The notes: generated by a model not told the origin, from the sequence alone. Numbered from the stretch's first letter, positions 10,267 through 20,382 are shown. The stretch: 64,000 nt of DNA from a virus (IMGVR_UViG_3300028048_000069:64001-128000), one strand, 5' to 3'. Translations and numbers: made by a program.

Positions 10267-11192
10267 ACTTGGTTGAGTTAAAAACAAGAATGTCTAAAAA
10301 GGATATTCCTAATTTTTTAATTTTTACTGGCCCAGAACTTGGGGTTCTTAACACATATATTGGTAAAATAGGATCCATAATAAATACAGCAATTAAAAGA
10401 AGAGAAACTGTGTCGAGCGCATTGGAATTATGCCGAAGTAAATCTATTTTTAATAAAATAAATTTTGTAGTTGTAACAGATGACAATGATTTTTTAAAAA
10501 ATGAAACTGCTTGGGATAAGGTAATTATGCAGTTAGGAGATAATATTTTATTACTCCACTATCATACATATGATAAACGATTAAAATTTTGGAATAAATT
10601 TGCAGACCAAACTGTCGTTTTTGATTACCTTAAACCAAATGTAATAGCAAAGCATTTGTGCAAAGATTATGGGTTAAGTGAATCTTTCGGAGAATTGATT
10701 GCAGAAGGGTGCGGATGTGATTATACTCGTTGCTTGTTAGAAGTAGATAAGATTAAAAATCTTTCTGATGCTACTCATCAATCTATAGATGAAGTGTGCT
10801 CAAACAATCTAAAAACAGGTATAATTTGTTTTGATAAAGATGTGAATATTAATCCATTTGTTGAAGCATTTTTAAGAAGAGATTTATCATTAGCATATTC
10901 ACTATATGAAGAACTATTATTGCAAGGTGAGCCAGTTTTAAGGATGCTTTCTTTTCTGTATAATGCCTTTAAAAATGTTTTAATAGTGCAGACCGCTACA
11001 AGTACTTATAAACTGCGAGAAACCACAGGCATAACCTATTATGGAGAAATAGAAGGAAAAAAGTTTAAGGGCAATTATAGTGATGTAGAACTTGAAAATA
11101 TACTATACATTTTGATGTGGTTAGAGCAAGGCATAAAGAGTGGCACAATACAGCCAGAATTTGTTGTTGATTTTTTGTTGGTAAATTTGTAA
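10263..11192 (+). CDS. Clamp loader delta (HolA-like) subunit
   Basis: LIFTGPE, SIF clamp-contact-like motif, EVDKI, IKSG near the C-terminus; size and context. Confidence 0.75.
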   Translation: MNLVELKTRMSKKDIPNFLIFTGPELGVLNTYIGKIGSIINTAIKRRETVSSALELCRSKSIFNKINFVVVTDDNDFLKNETAWDKVIMQLGDNILLLHYHTYDKRLKFWNKFADQTVVFDYLKPNVIAKHLCKDYGLSESFGELIAEGCGCDYTRCLLEVDKIKNLSDATHQSIDEVCSNNLKTGIICFDKDVNINPFVEAFLRRDLSLAYSLYEELLLQGEPVLRMLSFLYNAFKNVLIVQTATSTYKLRETTGITYYGEIEGKKFKGNYSDVELENILYILMWLEQGIKSGTIQPEFVVDFLLVNL

Positions 11193-11206
11193 TATAGGAT
11201 TGTGTT

Positions 11207-11374
11207 ATGAAATTCTTAAAACTAATATACAAGAAGTTTTTCGTCGGTAAAGAGAAGAAAACATATACTTGTTGTAGGAGGTGTGGTAAGCAATTAAAAA
11301 GTAAAGAAAGTCGTAAGTTGGGTTTAGGAAAATGTTGTTATAAAAAAGAGTTGTATAAAAATAAATTATTCTAA
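11207..11374 (+). CDS. Small zinc-finger protein (DUF6011-like), 55 aa, absent from the ORF track
   Basis: CRRCGKQLKSKESRKLGLGKCC pattern; ends KNKLF. Confidence 0.7.
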   Translation: MKFLKLIYKKFFVGKEKKTYTCCRRCGKQLKSKESRKLGLGKCCYKKELYKNKLF

Positions 11375-11401
11375 AAACTGTGGTTGTATGGGGAGGGTGA
11401 A

Positions 11402-12253
11402 ATGAAGGTTGACAGTTATTCTTTTAGAGCCTTTTATTCAGGGCACTATGATTCAAAATTGGACTCAAAACCAGGTGAATACTTGGTAATGAACTACCAA
11501 AAAGCAACAAAACTACTAGACGATTCTCTCGTCGATTTATCTCAAAAATTTAAGACACAGGAGAAGTACCTAGCATTTAAGGAAAAATTGGAGAATTTAA
11601 AATCTCAATATTTTTCTGCTTTATGCAATAGGTATATGGGTGTTGTATTTAATTCTGGTCGTCGCATTATAAGTAATTCAATCTCTGACTCGGATATGAT
11701 TAGTTATGGGGAAGAAGTACTGTTACAATGCGCTTTGAAATATAAGTTTGATAAGAAGATTTCTTTTATAACTTATTTTACCAATGCGGTGTTTAATATG
11801 TCTTACACATTAGTAAGAAAGAAACACTTTAGAGATTGGAATATAAATATGGCATCCTTGAACACACTAATGGAAATTGATGACCGAATAAGTGAGTTAT
11901 CTGAAGATAAAAAATTTATTCCAGCCAAAAAGAAAAAGCCATTAGTAATAAAGCCATCAAAAATAAATGAAGAGTTAGATAAGATACTTTTTAACCCAGA
12001 ATTGGCTGAATCTATAAAGGTTAAGTTGGGTATTAAGGATGACTTGTTTTTGCATTATTTAATATTGAAAACAAAGCACAAAAAGTCAACTATTAATTCC
12101 GACGAAACAGAAAAACTATCTTATTTAGAACCCATTTATGAAAATGACTATAACAATTTTAGTAAGATATATATGTATGAGTCAGATATTGACGATTACA
12201 GAGAAAAAATTCAAAAAAATCGTATAAAAGAGGAAATACTATGTCAAGAGTAA
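11402..12253 (+). CDS. Phage sigma70-family-like transcription factor
   Basis: Region-2-like DMISYGEEVLLQCALKYKFDKKISFITY; GGAGG RBS before ATG 11402. Confidence 0.6.
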   Translation: MKVDSYSFRAFYSGHYDSKLDSKPGEYLVMNYQKATKLLDDSLVDLSQKFKTQEKYLAFKEKLENLKSQYFSALCNRYMGVVFNSGRRIISNSISDSDMISYGEEVLLQCALKYKFDKKISFITYFTNAVFNMSYTLVRKKHFRDWNINMASLNTLMEIDDRISELSEDKKFIPAKKKKPLVIKPSKINEELDKILFNPELAESIKVKLGIKDDLFLHYLILKTKHKKSTINSDETEKLSYLEPIYENDYNNFSKIYMYESDIDDYREKIQKNRIKEEILCQE

Positions 12254-12864
12254 CAACAGAACAAGCAAGAAAAATAACAACTTCAAATTCAAATGGCTAT
12301 TTTAGCCTTAAAGATGATGGTGATAAAGCCACTGTTAGATTTATGTACAACAATGTTTCAGAAATTGAAACCTATTCTGTACACGATGTTACCATAAATG
12401 GGTTTAATAAGCATGTAGATTGCTTAAAAGATGCTGAAGGTAATGGAGTATGCCCATTTTGTGAAAAGGGTGTAAAACGAACTGCTAGAACATTTTTTAA
12501 ACTGTACAATGTAGATAATGGCGCGGTTGAAATTTGGGATTGTGGTATTAAACGCGCACCAGGTTTAGAAAATATTTTAAAGATGTCTCGGTCGCCGAAG
12601 TTGGTAAATGATGTTTTTGAAATTGTACGACATGGTAAAGCAAAATCTACCGATACGACCTATGAACTTATTTATAAATCTTCTGATGATGTTACCTTGG
12701 AAGAACTTCCGAACTCACCAGACCTTTATAGTAAATATATTCTAAAGAAATCTCCCGAAGAAATGGAATATTATATTACTCATAATGAGTTCAAACCTAC
12801 AGGTGAACAATCAGCCAAATCTGATGCTACTGTTACCAAAAGAGTAAATAGGAGTGTCTTTTAA
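12241..12864 (+). CDS. Single-stranded DNA-binding protein (phage gp32-like)
   Basis: FSLKDDG..VRF, H...C...CPFC zinc site, R.G....TTY; located just before the polymerase. Confidence 0.7.
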   Translation: MSRVTTEQARKITTSNSNGYFSLKDDGDKATVRFMYNNVSEIETYSVHDVTINGFNKHVDCLKDAEGNGVCPFCEKGVKRTARTFFKLYNVDNGAVEIWDCGIKRAPGLENILKMSRSPKLVNDVFEIVRHGKAKSTDTTYELIYKSSDDVTLEELPNSPDLYSKYILKKSPEEMEYYITHNEFKPTGEQSAKSDATVTKRVNRSVF

Positions 12865-15188
12865 TGGCATTGTTCGCACCTAGGTCTAGTAGGGAACTCG
12901 ATAAGAAGATAATACAGAAAGCACATTCTGTAAAAAGTGTTTTTGTCGGTAGTTCTAAAGGTGCAAAAAGGGGGCTATCTGAAAGGATAGCCTCCGCCGA
13001 AGTTGAAGTAAATAGATATTTTAGTAAGTTTAAAGATGATTTTTTAATTATTCGTACAGAAGAAGAATTAAAAAATTATGTAGATAATATTATAAAAGAT
13101 GGAATTGTAGCCATCGATACAGAAACTGATGGGTTGGATACCTTTAACGGAACATTAGCAGGTATCTGTCTGTATAGTCCTTCAAATAAAGCATCCTATA
13201 TTCCTGTTCACCATGTATCCTATATTACAGGGCAAGAAGTTAATAATCAACTAAAAGAAGATATTATTAAAAAGTACTTTGAAAGGGTAGTTAATGCTAA
13301 TGTAAAAATAATTATGCATAATGCCTCTTTCGATTTAAAAGTATTTGCAAATTTAGTAGGTATTAGATTGCCTTGTTATTGGGATACAATGATTGCTTCT
13401 AATATTTTGAACGAAAATGAACCGCATGGTTTGAAAGCACTTCACGATAAATATTGCGGAGATGGTACAGGTGTATATAGCATTACAAATTTGTTTGAAG
13501 GAATTATATTTACTCACGTTCCGATAAAATTGGGTTATTTATATGCTGCTCGTGATGCTAAAATGACTTATGAGTTATATAAATATCAAAGCCAATTCCT
13601 ATGTGAAAACCCATCAAAAGAACACGAAGATTTGAAGTCTTGTTATGATGTGTTTATGAACATAGAAATGCCATTGGTGCCTGTCATTTTAGATGCAGAA
13701 CTGCGCGGAGTTAGATTAGATTTAGCAACTGCGGATAAATTGAAAGAAGAATATAATGCTAAATTGGCTGTTTGTAAGGAACAATTTACAGCGATAGTTG
13801 AACCGATAAAAGATTTAGTATTACAGTTTATTAGAACACATACTACAATTACATCTAAACCTAAACTTGAATGGCCTATCAATTTTGATTCACCACTGCA
13901 GATAAGTGAATTACTTTTTAATGTGCTAAAGGTAAGTGATAAAAATGGTAAGAGTACAGGTGTTAAAGAACTTAATGCTATTATGGAAAGCACCAAAAAT
14001 GATACAGTTCGAAATTTAATTAAAACCTTACTTGAGTACAGAAAAGTACAAAAACTATTGACCACTTATATTGAGAAATTGCCTAATGAAGTAAATCCTA
14101 AAACAGGTAAAATTCACTGCAACTTCAATCAGTATGGAACAGTAACTGGTCGTATGAGTTCTAGTTCACCGAACTTACAAAATATTCCTTCAAAGAATAA
14201 AGAAATTAGAAAGATGTTTGTAGCAGATGAGGGGTATTGTTTAATCGGTGGAGATTATTCACAGCAAGAACCGCGTATTTTAGCACATATGAGTGGAGAT
14301 GAGCAGTTAATACACGCATACACTACTGGTAAGGATTTATATGCACATGTAGGTTCTTTAGCCTTAAAAGTACCTTATGAAGATTGTTTGGAACATTACC
14401 CAGATGGTAGTGTAAATCAAGAAGGTAAATTAAGAAGAAGTAGAATGAAGGCCATTGTGTTGGCTTTAATGTATGGTAAAGGAACTAAAGCATTGGCAGC
14501 CGATTTGAAAATATCTTTGGAAGATGCCTCATCCCTTATGAAATCCTTTTTTACAGAATTTCCTAAAGTTAATGAGTTTATCAATAAATCACAATCATTC
14601 GCTAAATGTAATGGGTATGTAAAAACATTGTGGGGAAGAAAACGAAGGCTACCAGATATGCTTTTAGACCCTTATGAATTTAGTTATGCTAATGGGGTTA
14701 GTAGAGATTTTGACCCATTAGATGATATTGATAGTGATGAAACCAATGATTTAACTGTCGATCCAGTTTTAGTACAAAAATGGACAGCAAGATTAAATAA
14801 AGCATTTGGTTCTTTTAAGAAACGAGAAGTAATTCAGCAAGCATTAGCAGAAGATAATATTCAAATAAAGGAAAATAGTCTTAAAATTGCTGATGCTGAA
14901 CGACAGACAGTAAATAGTATTATTCAAGGTTCGGCTGGAGATATGGTTAAACGCGCTAGTATTTTGTGTTATAACGATAAACGACTACAAGATATGGATT
15001 GCCATATTTTAATTTGGGTTCACGACGAAATAATTTCTACAGCACCTATCAAATATGCTAGGGAATGTGCAAAAATTATTGATGAAAATATGAAAAAAGC
15101 CGCAGATAAATTAGTAGTTCCTATGAAAACGGACTTTGAAATAACCAAAATTTGGTATGGTGAAGAAATTGATTTTAGTAAGATATAA
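12864..15188 (+). CDS. polA: Family A DNA polymerase (3'-5' exo plus polymerase, no 5'-3' exo)
   Basis: DTET, HNASFD, YAARDA, TGRMSSSSPNLQNIP, DYSQQEPR, motif B RMKAIVLALMYG, VHDE. Confidence 0.95.
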   Translation: MALFAPRSSRELDKKIIQKAHSVKSVFVGSSKGAKRGLSERIASAEVEVNRYFSKFKDDFLIIRTEEELKNYVDNIIKDGIVAIDTETDGLDTFNGTLAGICLYSPSNKASYIPVHHVSYITGQEVNNQLKEDIIKKYFERVVNANVKIIMHNASFDLKVFANLVGIRLPCYWDTMIASNILNENEPHGLKALHDKYCGDGTGVYSITNLFEGIIFTHVPIKLGYLYAARDAKMTYELYKYQSQFLCENPSKEHEDLKSCYDVFMNIEMPLVPVILDAELRGVRLDLATADKLKEEYNAKLAVCKEQFTAIVEPIKDLVLQFIRTHTTITSKPKLEWPINFDSPLQISELLFNVLKVSDKNGKSTGVKELNAIMESTKNDTVRNLIKTLLEYRKVQKLLTTYIEKLPNEVNPKTGKIHCNFNQYGTVTGRMSSSSPNLQNIPSKNKEIRKMFVADEGYCLIGGDYSQQEPRILAHMSGDEQLIHAYTTGKDLYAHVGSLALKVPYEDCLEHYPDGSVNQEGKLRRSRMKAIVLALMYGKGTKALAADLKISLEDASSLMKSFFTEFPKVNEFINKSQSFAKCNGYVKTLWGRKRRLPDMLLDPYEFSYANGVSRDFDPLDDIDSDETNDLTVDPVLVQKWTARLNKAFGSFKKREVIQQALAEDNIQIKENSLKIADAERQTVNSIIQGSAGDMVKRASILCYNDKRLQDMDCHILIWVHDEIISTAPIKYARECAKIIDENMKKAADKLVVPMKTDFEITKIWYGEEIDFSKI

Positions 15189-15205
15189 ATACAGAGGTAC
15201 AAACA

Positions 15206-16279
15206 ATGAACATTAAACTAAAAACTGAAGAACTAAAAGATGCAATTAATAAAATTGTAAAAGGTTTGGGAAATAATAAAATGTTGCCCATTACCGAAAT
15301 GATAGGTATAAATGTAGATAAATCTACCTTGTCATTAGTATCTACTGATGGTACAAATAAAGTACAAGTAGTAATACCTATCGAAGGGGATAACGAACCT
15401 ACATCTTTTGTGGTAAATGGTAAGACATTCTCTCAATTGGTTTTAAAAACAACAACAGAGTTTATCAATTTATCCGTAGAAGATGGAAAATTGGTTGTAA
15501 AGGGTAATGGTAGTTATTCTTTTTCATTTCCCACTGATGAAGATGGTGAATTTATTGTAATTCCAAATGTAGAAGTAGATAAGGATACTAAAGTTGAATT
15601 ATCAGCCGAAGATTTGAAAAATTCTTACAATATCAATAAATCATCCGTATCAGTTACTATGGAAACCCCTGCATATACAGGTTTCTATTATGACGATAAT
15701 GGATCTGTAGCCACAAATTCATTGAAAATTAGTTATGTAAATAAGAAATTATTTAGTAATCCTATCTTATTGAATGCAAAACTTGCAAGTTTGTTTTCTA
15801 TATTACCAGAGGAAAAGGTATATGTTTATCAAGGAAATTCAGAAATTGCTTTTGAATCTGGTAATGTAACAATCCAAGGATTTAAAATGGATGATGTGAG
15901 CGAGTTCCCTATCAATGATATTATTCCATTTTTAACCGCCGATTTACCACATAAGGTTAGATTGAATAAAAAGGCATTATTAAACCTTTTAGAGCGCATC
16001 GCAGTATTTGTAACTCCCTTTGATAAAAACTCAATTAAAATTGATTTTACGAAGAATGGTGTGCGTGTATGGACATTGGATGGTATCAATAATGAAATTA
16101 TTCCATATACAGATTCTGAAAATGTAGAAGAAACTTCAATCAAAGTGGATGTAACGAACTTTAAGGATTTAGTAGGTTCTAACCCAGAAGAAGAATTAGT
16201 AATTATGTATGGGCATCCAGCGGCCATTAAAATGACCTTTGGAAATGTTTCTCAAGTATTAGCACTAGTAGGTGAATAA
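15206..16279 (+). CDS. dnaN: Sliding clamp (DNA Pol III beta-like)
   Basis: 357 aa; LVSTDG, VATNS, FP, LLNLLERI pattern typical of beta-clamp; co-located with the clamp loader. Confidence 0.8.
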   Translation: MNIKLKTEELKDAINKIVKGLGNNKMLPITEMIGINVDKSTLSLVSTDGTNKVQVVIPIEGDNEPTSFVVNGKTFSQLVLKTTTEFINLSVEDGKLVVKGNGSYSFSFPTDEDGEFIVIPNVEVDKDTKVELSAEDLKNSYNINKSSVSVTMETPAYTGFYYDDNGSVATNSLKISYVNKKLFSNPILLNAKLASLFSILPEEKVYVYQGNSEIAFESGNVTIQGFKMDDVSEFPINDIIPFLTADLPHKVRLNKKALLNLLERIAVFVTPFDKNSIKIDFTKNGVRVWTLDGINNEIIPYTDSENVEETSIKVDVTNFKDLVGSNPEEELVIMYGHPAAIKMTFGNVSQVLALVGE

Positions 16280-17031
16280 TGCGCTTATTTAGTGAACCAG
16301 ACCAAAGTATTGCTACTAATTTTTTGAACGATTTAGAGAAATCTATTTATATAGATTCTAAACCTTCAAAAGATACGAAGAGCACATATTATAAACCTTC
16401 TTCACTAAATTGTTTGCGTATGATGTACTACTATCGAACAAATACAAAGATAGATGGGGCAGTTAGACCTGCCTCATCTATCGGTATACTTCATAGTGGG
16501 GAAGATAGACATTTAAGAATACAAAAAGCCATTACAAATATGAAAAATAATGGCTTTGATTGTGAATGGGTTGATGTAGAAACATACATAAAAGAAAATA
16601 AATTAACAAATTTAGAAGTAATCTCCAAAAAAGAGTACGAAACTACAGTACATAATAAAGAACTTGATTTGTTATTTTTATGTGATGGCATAGTTAAAAT
16701 AAATGGAAAATATTTTATTATAGAAATTAAAACTGAAAACTCAAGTTCTTTTTATAATCGACTTGCAGTAGCGGAAGAACATAAACATCAAGCGGCCTGT
16801 TACTCAATATCTTTTAACATAAACTATGTTATTTTTATTTATGAAAATAGGGATTTATGTTTAAAGAAATCGTTTTTATTTTATGTTCCTGTTTCGTTGA
16901 AAAACGAAGTGGTAGGTATGATAGAAAGATGCAATGAGTTTGTTGAGAAGAAAGAATTGCCTACTAAAATTGTGTGTAAGTTTTGTACTTACTGCGACTA
17001 TAAGAAAAAATGTTCAAAAAATGAGGCTTAA
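16279..17031 (+). CDS. Cas4/RecB-like PD-(D/E)XK exonuclease
   Basis: PSS..C, G...H, CDG, IEIKT, HQAACY, C-terminal CxxCxYxxxC. Confidence 0.8.
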   Translation: MRLFSEPDQSIATNFLNDLEKSIYIDSKPSKDTKSTYYKPSSLNCLRMMYYYRTNTKIDGAVRPASSIGILHSGEDRHLRIQKAITNMKNNGFDCEWVDVETYIKENKLTNLEVISKKEYETTVHNKELDLLFLCDGIVKINGKYFIIEIKTENSSSFYNRLAVAEEHKHQAACYSISFNINYVIFIYENRDLCLKKSFLFYVPVSLKNEVVGMIERCNEFVEKKELPTKIVCKFCTYCDYKKKCSKNEA

Positions 17032-17033
17032 AT

Positions 17034-17582
17034 ATGTCAAAAATAGAACTTGGATCCAATATAAAAGAAGAATTAATAGAGGTTGAGCGCGTAAATTTAG
17101 AAAATAAAAGTGCCGATATAGAGAAGATAGTAAACAAGGTAATAAATACCTATGCATCAGAACTAGATGCATTAGTTCGTAATATAGATATGAAAGTTAG
17201 AAATCAAGAACTAGATGGATTTTCTGACCAAGAACTAGAAAGTTATTGTTTGAAATTATCTTCTTTTATGTATTTTGCTGCCGCTGGCCAAGAATTAATA
17301 GGGTTAAGAGAAGATATAGCAACAGCATTAAACAAAGAAGATTATAACAATAAATATGCTGAAGCAACAGGTACTATCAATGATAAAAAAGCAACTGCAG
17401 AATTGGAATCACAAAGTTCTATGTTGGTAGAGTTAATTTATGATAGAGCCGAAAAGATGATGAACTCAAAATTAACCTATGCGACACACTTATTAGGGTC
17501 TATAAAAAGAGTACTTAATAGAAGAATTGAACAGATGAAAATGAACCCAACAACTGTAACATATACAGATTCAACTAAATAA
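17034..17582 (+). CDS. Helical protein, possible UvsY-like recombination mediator
   Basis: Coiled-coil with GT..DK.A.AE motif, directly upstream of recA. Confidence 0.45.
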   Translation: MSKIELGSNIKEELIEVERVNLENKSADIEKIVNKVINTYASELDALVRNIDMKVRNQELDGFSDQELESYCLKLSSFMYFAAAGQELIGLREDIATALNKEDYNNKYAEATGTINDKKATAELESQSSMLVELIYDRAEKMMNSKLTYATHLLGSIKRVLNRRIEQMKMNPTTVTYTDSTK

Positions 17583-17591
17583 GGAGTAAGT

Positions 17592-18683
17592 ATGAATAAA
17601 TTAGATGAACTGATGAAAGAGGTAAATAAAAAATTTAAGGACGAGATTTTTGTAAAGGGTGTAAAGTGGGAAGACACTAATGATAAAATACCATTTTCAA
17701 GTCCACGCGCAAACTATATGACTTATGGTGGAATCCCATTAGGTCGTGCAGTACAATTTTTTGGGGTAAATTCTGGCGGTAAAACAACTACATCATTAGA
17801 TATTGTAGCCAATGCTCAAAAGTTATTTGAAAGAATGGCGATTAAAAATGATGAGCCAGAAAAAGAAATTTTATTTATTGACGCAGAAAATACCCTAGAT
17901 GAACTGTGGGCAACTAAATTAGGTGTAAATTTAGATAAATTGCGAATATTAAGACCACAAGCACAATCAGCCGAAGATATATTCCAAATCATTTTAGATG
18001 CTGTAAATACAGGTGAATTAGGGTTGGTAGTCCTTGATAGTGTAGGTGTTCTTTTAAGTAATGCTGCTTGGGAAGCAAATATGGATGAAAGAACCTATTG
18101 TGGTATTGCTGGGCCTTTAACAACTTTTGTTGGAAAGATAACTCCATTATTGCATAGATATCACACTACTCTTATTTATATTAACCAAATTCGTGATGTA
18201 TTAAATGCTCGTATTCCTATGCAGAGCACACCAGGTGGTCGTGCCTTATCACATAGTTTATCATTAAACATTAAATTTTGGAAAGGTTCGTTTATCGATG
18301 AATTGGGTGCTGAAATGAAATCCTCTTCAGAAAACCCTGCAGGCAATTTAGTTATGATGTCGATTGAAAAAACAAAGGTGTGTAGACCAGATAGAAGAAC
18401 AGGTTTTTATACATTAAATTATAAAGATGGCATTGATAAAATAAATGACTTAGTTGATTTGTGTATGAAAGAAGGTATTGTTGAACAATCTGGCGCGTGG
18501 TTCACTGTAAATAATTGGACAAAACTAATTGAAACAGGTGAAATTGAACCCGCAAAAGTTGACGGAAAAAATATTCTTAAATTTCAGGGCAGACCTAAAT
18601 TAGTACAATATTTAAAGGACAATGAACATATCACCAATTCTATTAGTGAATGTGTATTAAAATTATTAAATAAGGAAAATTAA
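17592..18683 (+). CDS. recA: RecA/UvsX recombinase
   Basis: GGIPLGR, GVNSGGKTT, IDAEN, LDSV, INQIR, TPGGRAL, QSGAWF. Confidence 0.93.
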   Translation: MNKLDELMKEVNKKFKDEIFVKGVKWEDTNDKIPFSSPRANYMTYGGIPLGRAVQFFGVNSGGKTTTSLDIVANAQKLFERMAIKNDEPEKEILFIDAENTLDELWATKLGVNLDKLRILRPQAQSAEDIFQIILDAVNTGELGLVVLDSVGVLLSNAAWEANMDERTYCGIAGPLTTFVGKITPLLHRYHTTLIYINQIRDVLNARIPMQSTPGGRALSHSLSLNIKFWKGSFIDELGAEMKSSSENPAGNLVMMSIEKTKVCRPDRRTGFYTLNYKDGIDKINDLVDLCMKEGIVEQSGAWFTVNNWTKLIETGEIEPAKVDGKNILKFQGRPKLVQYLKDNEHITNSISECVLKLLNKEN

Positions 18684-18684
18684 T

Positions 18685-19452
18685 ATGGATAATATAACAG
18701 AAAAATTAAATGGCGCAACAAAAGAAGAGTTGGATATTCTTAACTCAAAGGTAGATACAGCCACAGAAGAAATGGGTAAAATCAATGGTAAAAAGGATAT
18801 GATTAAAATTCTAAAGAAGGATTTTACTGATAACTTACTTACTGCTGTAAAAGAAGAATTTCCTAAGGCTAATTTAAAGCGCGAGGAAAAAGTACTAAAA
18901 GGGTTATTTGGTAAATTATTAAAAAGCCAAGTAGATGTGGATGCAGAAGATAAGGATGGGTTAGTAGTTGCTGGATATCTACGAAAAAAAGTAGAAGAAA
19001 TGGTTATGCTAATCTATGCTTATAGATATTTAAAAGACCAATCTATTAATAGAATGTTTGAAAGTTATGGTATTAAATTAGATTATGAACCTATTGAAAC
19101 TAAATTAAAATATTTAGCAGGTACTACTTTTAAAGAATCTGTTACCACTTATGTAAATCAAGCAGTTGAATTACAAGTAGATAGTGATAATATTAAAACT
19201 AACATTGAAGAAAATATTTATAATGAAATTCCAGCCACTTTGAAATATAATAAAGATGTGAACCCATCTGGAATTAAAAAAAGTATTTTTAAGAAGTTTT
19301 CATTATTAAAACTGTTAAAGAAAATTAATTTGATTAAAGCAAAACACAGTTATGAAAAAATGGCAGTCGCCGCTGAAGTCAGTAGTCGTGCAAATACTTT
19401 AGCAGTTGCTATCGCCGATAACTTAGTTTCTGATGGGAAGGAAGCAATTTAA
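18685..19452 (+). CDS. Hypothetical protein
   Basis: 255-aa ORF in the operon. Confidence 0.7.
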   Translation: MDNITEKLNGATKEELDILNSKVDTATEEMGKINGKKDMIKILKKDFTDNLLTAVKEEFPKANLKREEKVLKGLFGKLLKSQVDVDAEDKDGLVVAGYLRKKVEEMVMLIYAYRYLKDQSINRMFESYGIKLDYEPIETKLKYLAGTTFKESVTTYVNQAVELQVDSDNIKTNIEENIYNEIPATLKYNKDVNPSGIKKSIFKKFSLLKLLKKINLIKAKHSYEKMAVAAEVSSRANTLAVAIADNLVSDGKEAI

Positions 19453-20158
19453 TATGAGAGCACAGGTATTAAGTATAGATAATCATTATGCATATAGAAT
19501 AATGTACACAGCAGCAAGAACTTGTTATTCTAAAGACTCACCTATTGATATTTTTTATAATAGTGCGAGTAAGGATGTTTCCGATATGGAAAAGGTTATT
19601 TGCAAAGCATTGGATGCAGGTCATTTATCTATAGCAGAGCATTATCAATTTAATATCTTAATTGAAGGTGTAAGCAGAGCATTAACTCATCAATTAGTTA
19701 GACATAGACATTGTACTTTTAGCCAACAAAGCCAAAGATATTGTAAATTGGATAAAGGTTTTGACTATCTTATTCCAGAAAGTATAAAACAAAATGCAGA
19801 GTTGGAAGAAGGATTTAAAATTGCAATGAATAGTTTATCTGATTTTTATGATATTTTAATTGCTGAAGGCATTAAACCAGAAGATGCTAGATTTATTTTG
19901 CCTAATGCCTGTGCCTCTAATATTGTTTTAACCTGTAATTTGCGCGAACTTATGCATATTTGTAATGAAAGATTATGCACTTGTGCACAAACAGAAATAA
20001 GAGTATTATTTGGCGAGATAACAAAACAAGTCGTTGATGGATTACCTTTAGCAAAAAAATATTTGGTTCCTAAATGCGAACTATTAGGGTACTGTAATGA
20101 AATTCCCAATAGAAGTTGCGGAAGAAAAATACTTAAAGAAAAATTATTTACTAAATAA
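19433..20158 (+). CDS. thyX: FAD-dependent thymidylate synthase
   Basis: GHLSIAEH, SRALTHQLVRHRHCTFSQQSQRY, EDARFILP, AQTEIR. Confidence 0.95.
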   Translation: MGRKQFNMRAQVLSIDNHYAYRIMYTAARTCYSKDSPIDIFYNSASKDVSDMEKVICKALDAGHLSIAEHYQFNILIEGVSRALTHQLVRHRHCTFSQQSQRYCKLDKGFDYLIPESIKQNAELEEGFKIAMNSLSDFYDILIAEGIKPEDARFILPNACASNIVLTCNLRELMHICNERLCTCAQTEIRVLFGEITKQVVDGLPLAKKYLVPKCELLGYCNEIPNRSCGRKILKEKLFTK

Positions 20159-20175
20159 ATTAAAATTAGTATAAT
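20147..20175 (+). promoter_or_regulatory. Sigma70-like promoter TTTACT-N17-TATAAT
   Basis: Consensus boxes with 17-bp spacing, upstream of 20182. Confidence 0.6.
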
Positions 20176-20181
20176 ATAAGT

Positions 20182-20379
20182 ATGATTACATTTTTAATAG
20201 TATATAAACACAATGCCTCTATATCTGAATACAAAAATATGAAATTTGTATCGGATGGCGCGCCTAGTTTATCAGAAATTCAACTAAAAATCATTGACCT
20301 TCATAAATGGAAAGTCAATGATTTTGCTATTATTAACATATTACCTATTAAAACAGAACTATTCGAACATGGAAAATAA
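20182..20379 (+). CDS. Hypothetical protein
   Basis: ORF directly after the promoter. Confidence 0.55.
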   Translation: MITFLIVYKHNASISEYKNMKFVSDGAPSLSEIQLKIIDLHKWKVNDFAIINILPIKTELFEHGK

Positions 20380-20382
20380 TTA

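Noticed and set aside
16279-17031. CRISPR-Cas suggested by the Cas4-like nuclease
   Set aside because: No repeat-spacer array or other cas genes seen; the context is recombination (recA, clamp)
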